Assembly (NCBI GenBank): GCA_039000685.1
Contig: JAWBNW010000001.1
Span: 14,655-78,654, forward strand
Direction: 5' to 3'
Length of the DNA stretch: 64,000 nucleotides
From: Candidatus Aenigmatarchaeota archaeon
Lineage (GTDB): Archaea > Aenigmatarchaeota > Aenigmatarchaeia > CG10238-14 > SCSR01
The position numbers and the translations under genes are program-made. Every line of letters starts with the position of its first letter. The first letter of the stretch is position 1. Below the pieces are notes generated by a model. The model did no database searches. It saw only the letters and a list, made by a program, of their open reading frames with translations, and had not been told where the DNA came from. Positions 48,091-57,963 of the stretch are shown in pieces.

Positions 48091-49545
48091 ATGGTAAAGA
48101 ATGAAATAAGGCTAGAAAGAATCAACGACACAACTTTAAGAGAAGGGGAACAAACACCAGGCGTTCTATTTAAAAGAGAGGAAAGAACAAAAATAGCGGA
48201 AATGTTATCAGATGCTATAGGTAGAAAGTTATTCCTGGAAATTGGTTTTGCGTATAATGAGCTTTTTGCTTCTGGTGTGGCATCTACGATTAAAACCCTG
48301 GGAGAAAGTGGTAGAAAAGTTAAGACATTATTACATGCTAGATGCAGAAGAGAAGATATTGATGTTAGCTATAAATGCGGATCTTGGGGAGTAATAGTTT
48401 ATCTCCCACTTTCTGATGAGCAACTTAAGTTTAAATTGGGTAAATCATATGAATGGGCCTTAGCACAGATAAAAGACGTCATAAGTTATGCAAAGGAGAA
48501 TGTAGGATTTGAATGTGTTGAATATACGCTTGAGGATATGACTGCAGTACCTAGAGACAGAGCTATAGAAGGTGCTAAGACTGCTTTAGAAGCCGGTGCA
48601 GATGTCATAAGGTTGGCAGACACTGCGGCCAGATTTGGTCCAGATGAGTTTGGTGAGGCTGTGAGGAAAATTGTAGAAGCATTGCCAGAAGGAACACAAA
48701 TTGATGTACATTGCCATAATGATAGAGGCTTAGCATTAGCTAATGCTATAGCAGGGCTTAAAGCCGGGGCGACAGGTGTTCATACAACTGTGTTAGGAAT
48801 TGGTGAGAGATGTGGCATTCCTGACCTTATAACTTTAATCGAGAACCTTGAGAGCTTGTACAACATAGAGACTGGTGTGAAGCATGAATTAATTCCTCCT
48901 ATTTATTACTATGTTTCCGCTTGTACAGGAATACCAATACCAAAGAATCATCCAATTATAGGAATTTATGCTAGAACACATAAGGCTGGCACACATCAAG
49001 TCACAGTCTTAAGACAGTTAAAAGAAACAGGGGAAGCAACAACTTATGAGACAATTAATTTCAGCAAGTGGGGGTTGGACAGAGAATTTGAGTTTGGTCC
49101 TATGCAATCAGAAGAACTCACAAAACATTATTTGGAAAGATACGGTCTAGACACGAGTAACTCAAAAGAGATTACAGAGAGAATAAGAAAATATTCTATG
49201 GAAAGAGGAAGGCCGTTGGTTTTGAGAGAATTTAGAGAAATTGTTAAAGAAATAACAGGAAAGGAAATTTTAGTTCCAGCAGGCGAGGAAATGATGATAG
49301 CAATTGTAGGCATGAAGGTAGAGATAGGGGCAGACGAAGTTTCAATGATAAGAGAAATAAATAAAGTATGTTTAAAATACGGTGCTACTAATGAAATTTA
49401 TGAAGTAACGGGTAGTTTTGATTATATATTACATCTCAACAACATCAGAGATATGAATGAAATGAATTCCCTAACCAATGAAATAAGAAAAATAAAAGGA
49501 GTCAGCAGCACGGAGACACATATAGTTTTGGACTATTTCAGGTAG
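48091..49545 (+). CDS. Homocitrate synthase-like DRE-TIM enzyme with C-terminal Lrp/AsnC (RAM) domain
   Basis: DTTLREGEQTPG, LADT, HCHNDRG, GIGERCG, HKAGTH; C-terminal YEVTGSFD...GVSSTETHIVL. Confidence 0.82.
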   Translation: MVKNEIRLERINDTTLREGEQTPGVLFKREERTKIAEMLSDAIGRKLFLEIGFAYNELFASGVASTIKTLGESGRKVKTLLHARCRREDIDVSYKCGSWGVIVYLPLSDEQLKFKLGKSYEWALAQIKDVISYAKENVGFECVEYTLEDMTAVPRDRAIEGAKTALEAGADVIRLADTAARFGPDEFGEAVRKIVEALPEGTQIDVHCHNDRGLALANAIAGLKAGATGVHTTVLGIGERCGIPDLITLIENLESLYNIETGVKHELIPPIYYYVSACTGIPIPKNHPIIGIYARTHKAGTHQVTVLRQLKETGEATTYETINFSKWGLDREFEFGPMQSEELTKHYLERYGLDTSNSKEITERIRKYSMERGRPLVLREFREIVKEITGKEILVPAGEEMMIAIVGMKVEIGADEVSMIREINKVCLKYGATNEIYEVTGSFDYILHLNNIRDMNEMNSLTNEIRKIKGVSSTETHIVLDYFR

Positions 49546-50372
49546 TCTTCAATTTTTCTATTATTCGATTTGTAAATTCATCAGTACTCATTTGGACGAA
49601 ATTCATGTTTTCATCAATTTTCCCATTTTTATAACTTTCTTTTAAGACCTCATCTGTAATTTCCTCTAGTTTTCTTCCTTTTTCATCCCATCCAAAAGAA
49701 TACAACATCAGACTTAAAGCTCTAATAGCTCCTGAGGGTTAACTCTTTTTGTTTGCCCTCTTTCTATTAAATCGTCTGCCGTGCCATGTACGGGCTCAAA
49801 AATATTTGCTTTTTCACCTATGGCAGCACTCCCCACTGACCAAGGGGGTACAGGTGAAATCGAGGAAGCTAAATCTCCTTGAGAGTTTTCCAACACGATA
49901 ACTTTTTCATTTAAAGTTGCAGGATTTTGTGCGATTTTGTGGAAGCAATCATCCACATTTATTTTTTCTTTTGGAACTAAAGGATAATTTTTTCCAACTT
50001 CATCAAATATTTCATTCCAAAAACCGTCTCCCATTTTTATGACAGTTGGTTTGGAAGCACAAATAACACCAAGCTTATTTCTTTCAGCATACTCGAAGGC
50101 TTTTGAGAAGAAACTTTCCAATTGTTTTCTAGAAAATACTCTTTCTGTGATAACAATTTCATCATCATTAATTTCTATTCTTTCTTTTCCGGAATACAGC
50201 CCTTCTCTACCTTGTCTAAAAATAATAAAATTGTAAGATTCTTTTGACCAAGGAAGACTTTTTATCGGTCTTATGATAGCATTTACTTGGGCAACATCTT
50301 TCATGTAAACTACAGCACTTTTTGACATGTCTTTTGTGTTTATCGGGCCTTTGAATATATTTCTATTTCCAT
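49538..50372 (-). pseudogene. Isocitrate/isopropylmalate-family (probably homoisocitrate) dehydrogenase pseudogene
   Basis: IFKGP, IIRPIKS, NVDD, ENSQGDLAS, IFEPVHGTA; N-terminal region deleted and two frameshifts in the 3' part (NP/SGAIRALSLML; MSTDEF). Confidence 0.75.
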
Positions 50373-50402
50373 CTCAAGATTTTCTATATTGTTCGTGATT
50401 AC

Positions 50403-50900
50403 TTGATTAGACTTAGAACGAAAACATTACCGTTTAATGAATCGTTTGCACGAGAGCTAAAAAGAATTGGTATATCTTCTAAAACTGTATATATTTCAGA
50501 GCGTGGACAATGGAATACATATGTATGTTCCGTCGAGTTTGCTAAATGGTTAAAAAGCCTCTCACTTAAAAATATCGAAGAAATTGTAACGCGAAATAAA
50601 AAGAGTACAATTGCATTCATTAGGGGATTCTACGAAAGTGAAGGTAGCGCAAAAAAGTGGTATAATGTTGTTTATGTTTCAATGGTGAATTCAAAGAGAG
50701 AGTTGATCGAATTGTTAAATAGACTCATAACTACTTTTGGTTTTAAAACAACTATACGTAAGAGATTTGATAAGAGGTATGGTTCTTACATCTACGAACT
50801 TCATATTTTAGGTAGTAGCAAAGAAAAACTTAAATTCCTGGGCTTGATTAACCCATGTATTAAAGCCAACCCAAAGCAATATCCGCTTAAAAATTCTTGA
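50403..50900 (+). pseudogene. 5'-truncated free-standing LAGLIDADG homing endonuclease
   Basis: AFIRGFYESEGS motif and INPCIK end; the first LAGLIDADG motif and a clear start are missing. Confidence 0.7.
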
Positions 50901-50912
50901 TATAGATCTTTT

Positions 50913-53900
50913 TTACCTTCTTTGCAAAAGTTGTCTAATTTTTTCAACACACTCAGGATTCATTAAAGTTGTAATATCACCAAGGTCTTCACTTTTCAGT
51001 AATCTTTTTAATACACGTCTGAGAATTTTCCCGCTTCTTGTTTTAGGCAAATCTTGCACATAAACAATCTTTGCAGGCTTTGCTATTGGCCCAATTCTCT
51101 TGGCCACAAGCTCTACCAGCTCAGAAGAAAGCTTTTCACTTGCTTCAAAACCTGCTTTCAAAACAACAAAAGCTATAGGAACTTCACCTTTAATTTCATC
51201 AGGCAATCCAACGACTGCTGACTCAACAACAGCTTCATGTAAGTTCAAAACATCTTCAATTTCAGCATTCGATAAGCGATGACCAGCAACTTTAAGCACA
51301 TCATCTATCCTTCCTGTAATTCTAATCAAACCATTTTCATCCTTCAAAGCTCCGTCTCCTGCGAGGTAAATTTCCTTTCCATACTTGCTGAAGTAAGCTT
51401 CCTCATATTTTTCATGATTTTTGTAAATTCCTCTAAACATACCAGGAGAAAAAGGAGGCAATATAACAAGATTTCCTATTTGGTTCGTTTGACAAGGCTT
51501 TCCTTCTTCATTCAGTATATCAACTTTTACCCCAGGAAAAGGCAAACCAACATGAGCCGGCTTGAAAGGTCCAACTCCTGGCAAAGAAGTTATCAATATG
51601 CCGCCAGTCTCAGTTTGCCACCAAGTGTCAACTATCAAACATCTCTTCTTTCCAATATTCTCAAAATACCATTTCCAAGCACCTTCATCTATTACTTCAC
51701 CAACCGAGCCCAAAAGTCTCAAACTTTTGAACTTATACTTCTTTACAGCTTCTCCACTCAATTTTTCAAACATTCTAATTGCAGTAGGCGCCGTGTAGAA
51801 AATTGTCACCTTATATTTTTCAATTATTTGGGCCCATCTATCTGGGCTTGGAAAATCTAAAGAGCCTTCAAAAATGAGAAAAGTAATACCATTCAACAAA
51901 TTAGCGTAACAATTGTAGGTGTGAGAAGTAATCCAACCTATATCTGCAGTACAATTATGAACTACTAGATTGTTTAAAGTATATGAATTATGCTTAGTTT
52001 TTAAATTCCAAACTAAGCCTTCATAATAAGAAATTTCTTTTTTATTTATCGGAAAGAAAATCAGGTTGGTGGTAATTATTGCCCTCTGCCAACTATAAGT
52101 TTCTTTGGGTTCTTTTAAATTAAATTGAGAATAAAATTTTTGAGCACTTTTACCTGTGATGGCCAATTCATAACTATCTTGGCCACTTTGAATTTTATAC
52201 CCTTCTTGCCTTTTTCTTGTTTTTTCTGCCGGTAAATAAGTAATTGAAGTAACTATACCAAGTTTATTAAGAATCAATTTTATTTGATAAGCTAGTGTAC
52301 GGGAAGCGGTTGTAATTCTTACTCTCCTCCTTCTTCTTAAATCGGTGTTACCATCTCCCAACCAATAACCTTTAATAAATTCCCATAGAAGATCTTTCTC
52401 CAGCGTTAATATCCAATGAGGGAGATGTTTTTCGTAGCTACGATGACCAAAAAGTTTGGAAAAAAATTCAGCCAAGATTACAGAATTTGCACGCGTTTCC
52501 CAACATCCTTTATATTTTAACACTCGAGCTCTTATTCCAAATATTTTTTTAAATAAATTTGCGCTATCTTTGGCAAGCCTCTTTTCTTTCTCTGAAAAGG
52601 TAAGCTGGAGCGTATCTTGAGCAATGCTCCCTTCAGCAATATAATAACCGACAAGTCTTAAAAAGTTGTTATCAATTTTGATCTCATCTTTTATTTTTCC
52701 CTTTTCACCTTTTTTAGGAAGAATGTAGTTATCTTTAGTTTTTCTGTTTTTGACAATGTCCGAGATTTTAATTGTTTTCTTTTTCCATTCCTTAGCTATC
52801 CTTGGAAAAGCAACATAATCCCCAACTTTTAAATCTTTAGCTCTAACCCATTCAGTTATTATAGGCATTCTTTTTTTGAGGACTAAAACTTTATGGTTTG
52901 GAGTCAACTCCACTGGAAGGTTAGTGTAAGAAGTGAATAATCTCACAAGCCCTCCTTTATATTCTCGGACAAAAATCTTTTCAACAGGCATAAATCTTCC
53001 TCGATGGGTAAGAACTTTTTCCCCGATTTTTATATCTTGAATTTCTTTAACTCCAGGATTTGTAACAACTAAACTTCCAGAAGGCACACACCAAAAAACA
53101 TCATCATCATGCCAGTCAAAAATCCATTTTCCAGTCCAATAAGCTTGAACAGTATAACCACCACAGACGTGCATGCAGGGTTTTGGGATACCAGTGCTAC
53201 CACTTGTTGACAAAATAAATAAAACATCTTCTGAATCCATTATTTCAGCTTCACACTCTTCGCTCTCTTTTTCTACAAGCTCGTGCCACCAAAAATCTTG
53301 TCCAGGGTTCCAAGCAATTTGATTCCCAATTCTTTTCACCACAATAATCTTTTTCACACTTGTTTCTTTTACACCCTCATCAGCATTTTCCTTCAAATTT
53401 ATAATTTTCCCCCTTCTGTAGTAGCCGTCAGCTGTTATCAGAAGTTTTGCCTGAGTTATTTGAAGCCTTATTCTTAAAGCCTGAGGAGAGAATGCAGAAA
53501 AAATAACAGTATGAATAGCCCCAATTCTAGCACAAGCAAGCATAGAAATTATGGCTTCTGGAATCATCGGTAAGTAAATTCCAACCACATCTCCCCTCTT
53601 GATCCCAAGCTTTTTCAGAGCATTTGCTGCTTTGTTAACTTGTTTGAAAAGCTCTTCATAAGTTAAAATTCTTGGTTTCTCTTCAACTGGTTCAGGCTCC
53701 CAAATTATAGCCGGTTTGCTCTTGATCTTCTCCCAGTTGATCCTTTTCTCAAAAATGTTTGAAGTTATGTTTATTTTTCCACCCAAAAACCATTTGAAGT
53801 AAGGCGGTGAATGCTCAAAAGCTTTCTCCCACCTCTTGAACCAAAAGAGCTTATCAGCCAAATCTTCCCAAAATTTCACAGGATCTTTATCTGCTTCTTC

Positions 53901-54005
53901 ATAAATTTTCTTGTCGCTAACCCATGCTTTATTCTTCATCTTCCTCGAAGGCCAATAAAGTTCACCTTTCTTTTCAACCCAAGAATTCCCAAAACCAAAA
54001 ATCAT
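50913..54005 (-). CDS. acs: AMP-forming acetyl-CoA synthetase with intein
   Basis: TSGSTG, TADIGWITSH, VDTWWQTETG, GRIDDVLKVAGHRL, LPKTRSGKILRR. Confidence 0.93.
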   Translation of the reverse strand: MIFGFGNSWVEKKGELYWPSRKMKNKAWVSDKKIYEEADKDPVKFWEDLADKLFWFKRWEKAFEHSPPYFKWFLGGKINITSNIFEKRINWEKIKSKPAIIWEPEPVEEKPRILTYEELFKQVNKAANALKKLGIKRGDVVGIYLPMIPEAIISMLACARIGAIHTVIFSAFSPQALRIRLQITQAKLLITADGYYRRGKIINLKENADEGVKETSVKKIIVVKRIGNQIAWNPGQDFWWHELVEKESEECEAEIMDSEDVLFILSTSGSTGIPKPCMHVCGGYTVQAYWTGKWIFDWHDDDVFWCVPSGSLVVTNPGVKEIQDIKIGEKVLTHRGRFMPVEKIFVREYKGGLVRLFTSYTNLPVELTPNHKVLVLKKRMPIITEWVRAKDLKVGDYVAFPRIAKEWKKKTIKISDIVKNRKTKDNYILPKKGEKGKIKDEIKIDNNFLRLVGYYIAEGSIAQDTLQLTFSEKEKRLAKDSANLFKKIFGIRARVLKYKGCWETRANSVILAEFFSKLFGHRSYEKHLPHWILTLEKDLLWEFIKGYWLGDGNTDLRRRRRVRITTASRTLAYQIKLILNKLGIVTSITYLPAEKTRKRQEGYKIQSGQDSYELAITGKSAQKFYSQFNLKEPKETYSWQRAIITTNLIFFPINKKEISYYEGLVWNLKTKHNSYTLNNLVVHNCTADIGWITSHTYNCYANLLNGITFLIFEGSLDFPSPDRWAQIIEKYKVTIFYTAPTAIRMFEKLSGEAVKKYKFKSLRLLGSVGEVIDEGAWKWYFENIGKKRCLIVDTWWQTETGGILITSLPGVGPFKPAHVGLPFPGVKVDILNEEGKPCQTNQIGNLVILPPFSPGMFRGIYKNHEKYEEAYFSKYGKEIYLAGDGALKDENGLIRITGRIDDVLKVAGHRLSNAEIEDVLNLHEAVVESAVVGLPDEIKGEVPIAFVVLKAGFEASEKLSSELVELVAKRIGPIAKPAKIVYVQDLPKTRSGKILRRVLKRLLKSEDLGDITTLMNPECVEKIRQLLQRR
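51954..53090 (-). mobile_element. LAGLIDADG intein (379 aa) in ACS
   Basis: DVFW|CVPSGS...LTPNHKV...GYYIAEGS...KGYWLGDG...VVHN|CTADIG. Confidence 0.93.
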
Positions 54006-54037
54006 ATAGTTTAATTATTCTTTTTATGGTAAAAAAC

Positions 54038-54607
54038 TTACAGTTTAAAGGCTTCTTCAAAAACTTTCTTGTTTGCTTCCAAGAACTGAGGCCTTATCCT
54101 TTGAGAAACAGCTTTCCAAGCATTTTCTTTTCTTATTGGCAAAAGCTTCTTCTTCACAGCATAGCCAAGCATGAAGATGTTGCTCATTGCAGCTTCTCCC
54201 GTGAGCTTTTCTACAATCTCGCTAGCATTCACAGCTTCAACTTTAGCAATTTTCTTCATTTCTTCCAAGATGTTTTTTACATCTGAAATTTCAGCCAAAG
54301 GTTTCGGGCTTAGCAGCTTTTTATCTGTAAGCACAACAGTTCTCTTGTTAGCATAATAACAAGCTCTCCAAGCTTCCAAAACATCTAAGGCTATTATTAA
54401 ATCAGCCCCTGCTTTTCTCACCAAAGGTGAAAAAACTTTTTCTCCAAATCTAACATGACACTGCAGAGCTCCTCCTCTTTGAGAAAGACCATGAACTTCC
54501 ACTGCTTTAACCTCATACCCTTCTTCAATCGCTGCTCTAGCTATTATTTCAGCCAAGCTCAAAACCCCTTGACCACCGTAGCCTGCAACAACCAAATTGA
54601 ATTTCAT
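54038..54607 (-). CDS. iorB: Indolepyruvate:ferredoxin oxidoreductase beta subunit
   Basis: AGYGGQGVL, EVHGLSQRGG, NIFMLG. Confidence 0.9.
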   Translation of the reverse strand: MKFNLVVAGYGGQGVLSLAEIIARAAIEEGYEVKAVEVHGLSQRGGALQCHVRFGEKVFSPLVRKAGADLIIALDVLEAWRACYYANKRTVVLTDKKLLSPKPLAEISDVKNILEEMKKIAKVEAVNASEIVEKLTGEAAMSNIFMLGYAVKKKLLPIRKENAWKAVSQRIRPQFLEANKKVFEEAFKL

Positions 54608-56442
54608 TTTTCCACCCTTGATCTAATTCCTTTGAAAATTTGAGTGCAAACACCACAACCCCAGCAAAGATTTTGATCTATGTAAAACTTTTCTTCTTTT
54701 CTTATCGCCGGACAACCAAAAGCTTTTAGTTCTTCAGCTTTTTCTTGATCAGGCTGATCAACAAACTCAAACTTAGGAATTTTTGCTCCACTTCTTGCGA
54801 GCTTCCTCACGGTTTGAAGCCTGCATTCACCTCTTGCAACTATAAGGCTTACCCCCGGCAAAGAATAAAGCTCTTTCGCCACTTTTATGAATTCTTCAAG
54901 ATTGAAAGCATTAACAACTCTAACATTCTCCACACCACAAGCTTCAGCTATATCTTCTATCGCCAAAGCTTTTGTTTCTTCTCCCATTCCAGTCAAGGCA
55001 ATTCCAGGATGGGGTTGATGTCCTGTCATGGCAGTTGTTCTGTTATCGAGAACAACAACAAGCAAATTGCTTTTGTTGTGAACAGCATTTATCAGACCAG
55101 GAATTCCCGCATGGAAGAAAGTTGAGTCACCGATGAAAACAACAGGTTTTTGTTTTATCGCTTTTTCTATTCCTTGAGAAACGCTCATGCTAGCTCCCAT
55201 TGAAATAAAAAAGTCTTGTTGGCTTATAGGAGGAAAAATTCCAAGCATGTAGCATCCTATGTCGCCTGCAAAAACTTTATCAGCACCAACAGCTTGCTTG
55301 ATCGCCCAAAAACTTGCTCTGTGTGGGCAGCCAGGACAAAGTTGGGGAAATCTTTTCTCTATTTTCTCAAGCTCAAACTTGTTTTCCATTTCTTTCGGAA
55401 CTTTTTTCTTGGCAAGCTTAGCCAAAGCTTGAATCACAATTTCTGGTTTGTATTCGCCAGCGAAAGGAAGTAAGCCTTTGCCTAGAACTTTAAGCTTAGG
55501 GTTCACATCTTTCGCTATTTTTTTCACATCTTCTTCAAGAATTGGCTCAAGTTCTTCAACAACCAAAACTTCCTTCAAATTTTTGATGAAGCCTGCTATT
55601 AGCTTTTCTGGCAAAGGATAGCTCATGCTGATCTTGAGCAAAGGAAGTTTTAGCCCAAGCTCTTCCAAAGCTTCCAAAGCGTAATTGAAAGAAACACCAG
55701 AAGCTATTATTCCAAGTTTGCTTTTAGAATTTTTGTTCAAGATGAAGTTGATCTTGCTTTTTTCTCCAAACTCTTTTATTTTTTCCAGCTTTTCATGGAT
55801 TTCAGCATGTGTTTGAATTATTTTTGGAGGATAATTTCTGAAAGCAATGTCCTTAACAAATTTTCCTTCAGCCTTACCTTTCTTTATCTCTCCCAATCCA
55901 ACCAAACTTCTCATATGGCTAACTCGAGTTGTGCTTCTTATGATAAAAGGAATACCAAACTTTTCTGAAAGATCGAAAGCAAGTTTTGTTAAGTCTTTAG
56001 CTTCTTGCGGGTCAGAAGGCTCAAGCAAAGGCAAATGGGCAATTCTTGCAAAAAGCCTACTATCTTGCTCTGATTGAGCTGAGCTCCAGCATCCAGGATC
56101 ATCAGCAACAACTATAACCATGCCTGCTTTAACTCCAGTGTAAGTTAAAGGAAAAACAGAATCGCAGGCAACATTCAGTCCAAAGTCCTTAAAGGAAACG
56201 ATCGACCTTAAGCCTGAAAGAGCAGCACCAGCAGCAACTTCAACCGCAACTTTTTCATTCGTGCTGTATTCAAAGTAAATTCCAACCTGTTTTGCAACTT
56301 CAGCAAAAGTGTCACCAATTTCTGAAGCTGGAGTTCCAGGGTAAGTTGTTGCTACCGCTACACCAGCTTCCAAAGCACCTCTCGCTATAGCTTCATTTCC
56401 CAGCAAGAAAGCCTTTTTTTCTTGTGAAAGAACTTCACTCAT
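54604..56442 (-). CDS. iorA: Indolepyruvate:ferredoxin oxidoreductase alpha subunit
   Basis: LLGNEAIARGA, YPGTPASE, SSAQSEQD, LCPGCPHR, GDIGCY, GDSTFFH, TTAMTGHQP. Confidence 0.92.
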   Translation of the reverse strand: MSEVLSQEKKAFLLGNEAIARGALEAGVAVATTYPGTPASEIGDTFAEVAKQVGIYFEYSTNEKVAVEVAAGAALSGLRSIVSFKDFGLNVACDSVFPLTYTGVKAGMVIVVADDPGCWSSAQSEQDSRLFARIAHLPLLEPSDPQEAKDLTKLAFDLSEKFGIPFIIRSTTRVSHMRSLVGLGEIKKGKAEGKFVKDIAFRNYPPKIIQTHAEIHEKLEKIKEFGEKSKINFILNKNSKSKLGIIASGVSFNYALEALEELGLKLPLLKISMSYPLPEKLIAGFIKNLKEVLVVEELEPILEEDVKKIAKDVNPKLKVLGKGLLPFAGEYKPEIVIQALAKLAKKKVPKEMENKFELEKIEKRFPQLCPGCPHRASFWAIKQAVGADKVFAGDIGCYMLGIFPPISQQDFFISMGASMSVSQGIEKAIKQKPVVFIGDSTFFHAGIPGLINAVHNKSNLLVVVLDNRTTAMTGHQPHPGIALTGMGEETKALAIEDIAEACGVENVRVVNAFNLEEFIKVAKELYSLPGVSLIVARGECRLQTVRKLARSGAKIPKFEFVDQPDQEKAEELKAFGCPAIRKEEKFYIDQNLCWGCGVCTQIFKGIRSRVEK

Positions 56443-56517
56443 TTACCCGCCTTTAAACAATTTTGTTCAAGCTCATGTAAATAATTTATTTGTTGTAGAA
56501 CTAAAAGAAACTATTGA

Positions 56518-56533
56518 GCCCCCGTAGCTCAGT
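56518..56533 (+). repeat. Intronless duplicate of the tRNA-Arg(TCT) 5' end (GCCCCCGTAGCTCAGT)
   Basis: Identical to positions 1-16 of the spliced tRNA at 57099; the upstream aagaaactat is also repeated. Confidence 0.8.
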
Positions 56534-56554
56534 CAAGATTTAATTAAAAAACTT

Positions 56555-57112
56555 ATGGAAAAACGTTTAATTTTCGCAAAGGGAAAACAGAGGGAACTTC
56601 TTAAAACAGCTCTTTCAAAATTTAAATTGAATAGAAAAGAATTTGCTAAATCGTTCAACATACCCTTTAAAACTTTTGAAAAATGGTTATATGAAGAAAG
56701 AAGTTTACCTAAGAGTTTTTTTGGCAAGCTGTGCATGAAAGCGCCTGAATTTAAAAACTTCGAAAAGTTTATACAAAATGAAGAAGATCCTAATTGGGGG
56801 CGTAGAAAGGGTGGAAAAATAAATATAAACAGAATTTCGGATTTGAATGTTTATATGAAAAGACTACGTGAAAAATTGCAAATACTTGCTACATTAGGAT
56901 TTAAATTTAGAGTTTCTAGACATAAAGCAAAATGGAGTAAAATTTCAGGTTTATATACGAATCATTTAAGTGAATTTGTTAAATTTTATTCAATAGGAGG
57001 ATTTGTGAAAGGAGTGAAAATATCCAATAAAAGTAAACTTTTTACTGGTATGGAAAAAAATAAATTATTACGCGAAATAATAAGAAACTATCCAAATAGC
57101 CCCCGTAAGTGA
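56555..57112 (+). mobile_element. Degenerate homing-endonuclease-like ORF (HTH-like N-terminus, LAGLIDADG-type C-terminal remnant) overlapping the tRNA 5' end
   Basis: GKQRELL...NWGRRKGG N-terminus and LGFKFR...FVKFYSIGGF C-terminus; no intact LAGLIDADG motif; atypical codon use; stop codon lies inside tRNA intron 1. Confidence 0.5.
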
Positions 57113-57204
57113 TGGGGAAAGCTCAGTTTGGATAGAGCGGCTATGTAAGAAGCACCGTAAGCCTTCTAAGCAGATGGTCGAGGGTTCGAATCCCTCCGGG
57201 GGCA
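57099..57204 (+). tRNA. tRNA-Arg (TCT) with two non-canonical BHB introns (57107-57119 at 8/9; 57143-57160 at 29/30)
   Basis: Spliced sequence GCCCCCGTAGCTCAGTTTGGATAGAGCGGCTGCCTTCTAAGCAGATGGTCGAGGGTTCGAATCCCTCCGGGGGCA (75 nt, G27-A43 mismatch); central helices CCCC/GGGG and GCGG/CCGT. Confidence 0.88.
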
Positions 57205-57262
57205 TGCTTATTTTTACAATTTCCATCTGGCTTATATAAGCAATCGAAACAAGGCTAAAATC

Positions 57263-57815
57263 ATGCCTGAACTTTATGGTTATGAGAAAGGAATAGAAAG
57301 GGGATTGTTAGCAATTAAACAAATAGATGAAAGGACTTACGAAAAAGTGAAAGAATTTGTGAGGAAGTTGGAAACTAACAATTATTCAAAAAGAAGGATT
57401 TTTAAATACATTTATTTCTTGAAAAATCTCAGAGAGTTGCTTGGAAAAGATTTTAGTGAAGCCGAGAAACAAGATGTTGAAGAATTAGTGATAAAGCTTA
57501 ACAGCAATAACTATTCTGAGAATTCAAAAGCAGATTTCAAGAAGATTTTTAAGTTTTATTACTGCTGGCTTAAGTTTGGAAAGTTTGAAGGGAAGGAAAA
57601 GATTTGAAGAGGTGCTTAGGGATTTATTGATTTACTGTGCTGAAAGAGATAAGGATTTTAAGAAAGTTTTCGTTAAATTCATCAAGGAAAGGAACGCTCA
57701 AGATTTATTCGAAATGGAAAAAACTGAGAAAATACGCGCCATTGATTTTTTGAAAGGATGGAGTTTATGGAAGAAAAAAGAAAAGAGGGAAGGGGTGAAA
57801 AGAAAAAATACCTGA
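57263..57815 (+). pseudogene. Tyrosine integrase remnant: N-terminal SAM-like domain plus an out-of-frame tail, catalytic core deleted
   Basis: YSKRRIFKYIYFLK...KDFSEAEKQDVEELV...YSENSKADFKKIFKFYYCWL, directly downstream of a tRNA. Confidence 0.65.
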
Positions 57816-57963
57816 AAAAAACATACTATTTTTGTCAGTGAAAATTGAAGAAAAGCATGTTCTCGCCGTGGCACTTGACTGATGGTTATATAAACATCTG
57901 TCACAAATTTGGCAATTTTCATAAAAATCAAGATTTAAATCTTGATTTAAAAATAATAAAATT

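Noticed and set aside
49538..49745. Introns or programmed frameshifts explaining the dehydrogenase breaks
   Set aside because: The breaks look like small deletions, not insertions, show no BHB, and accompany an N-terminal deletion; decay or sequencing error is more likely.
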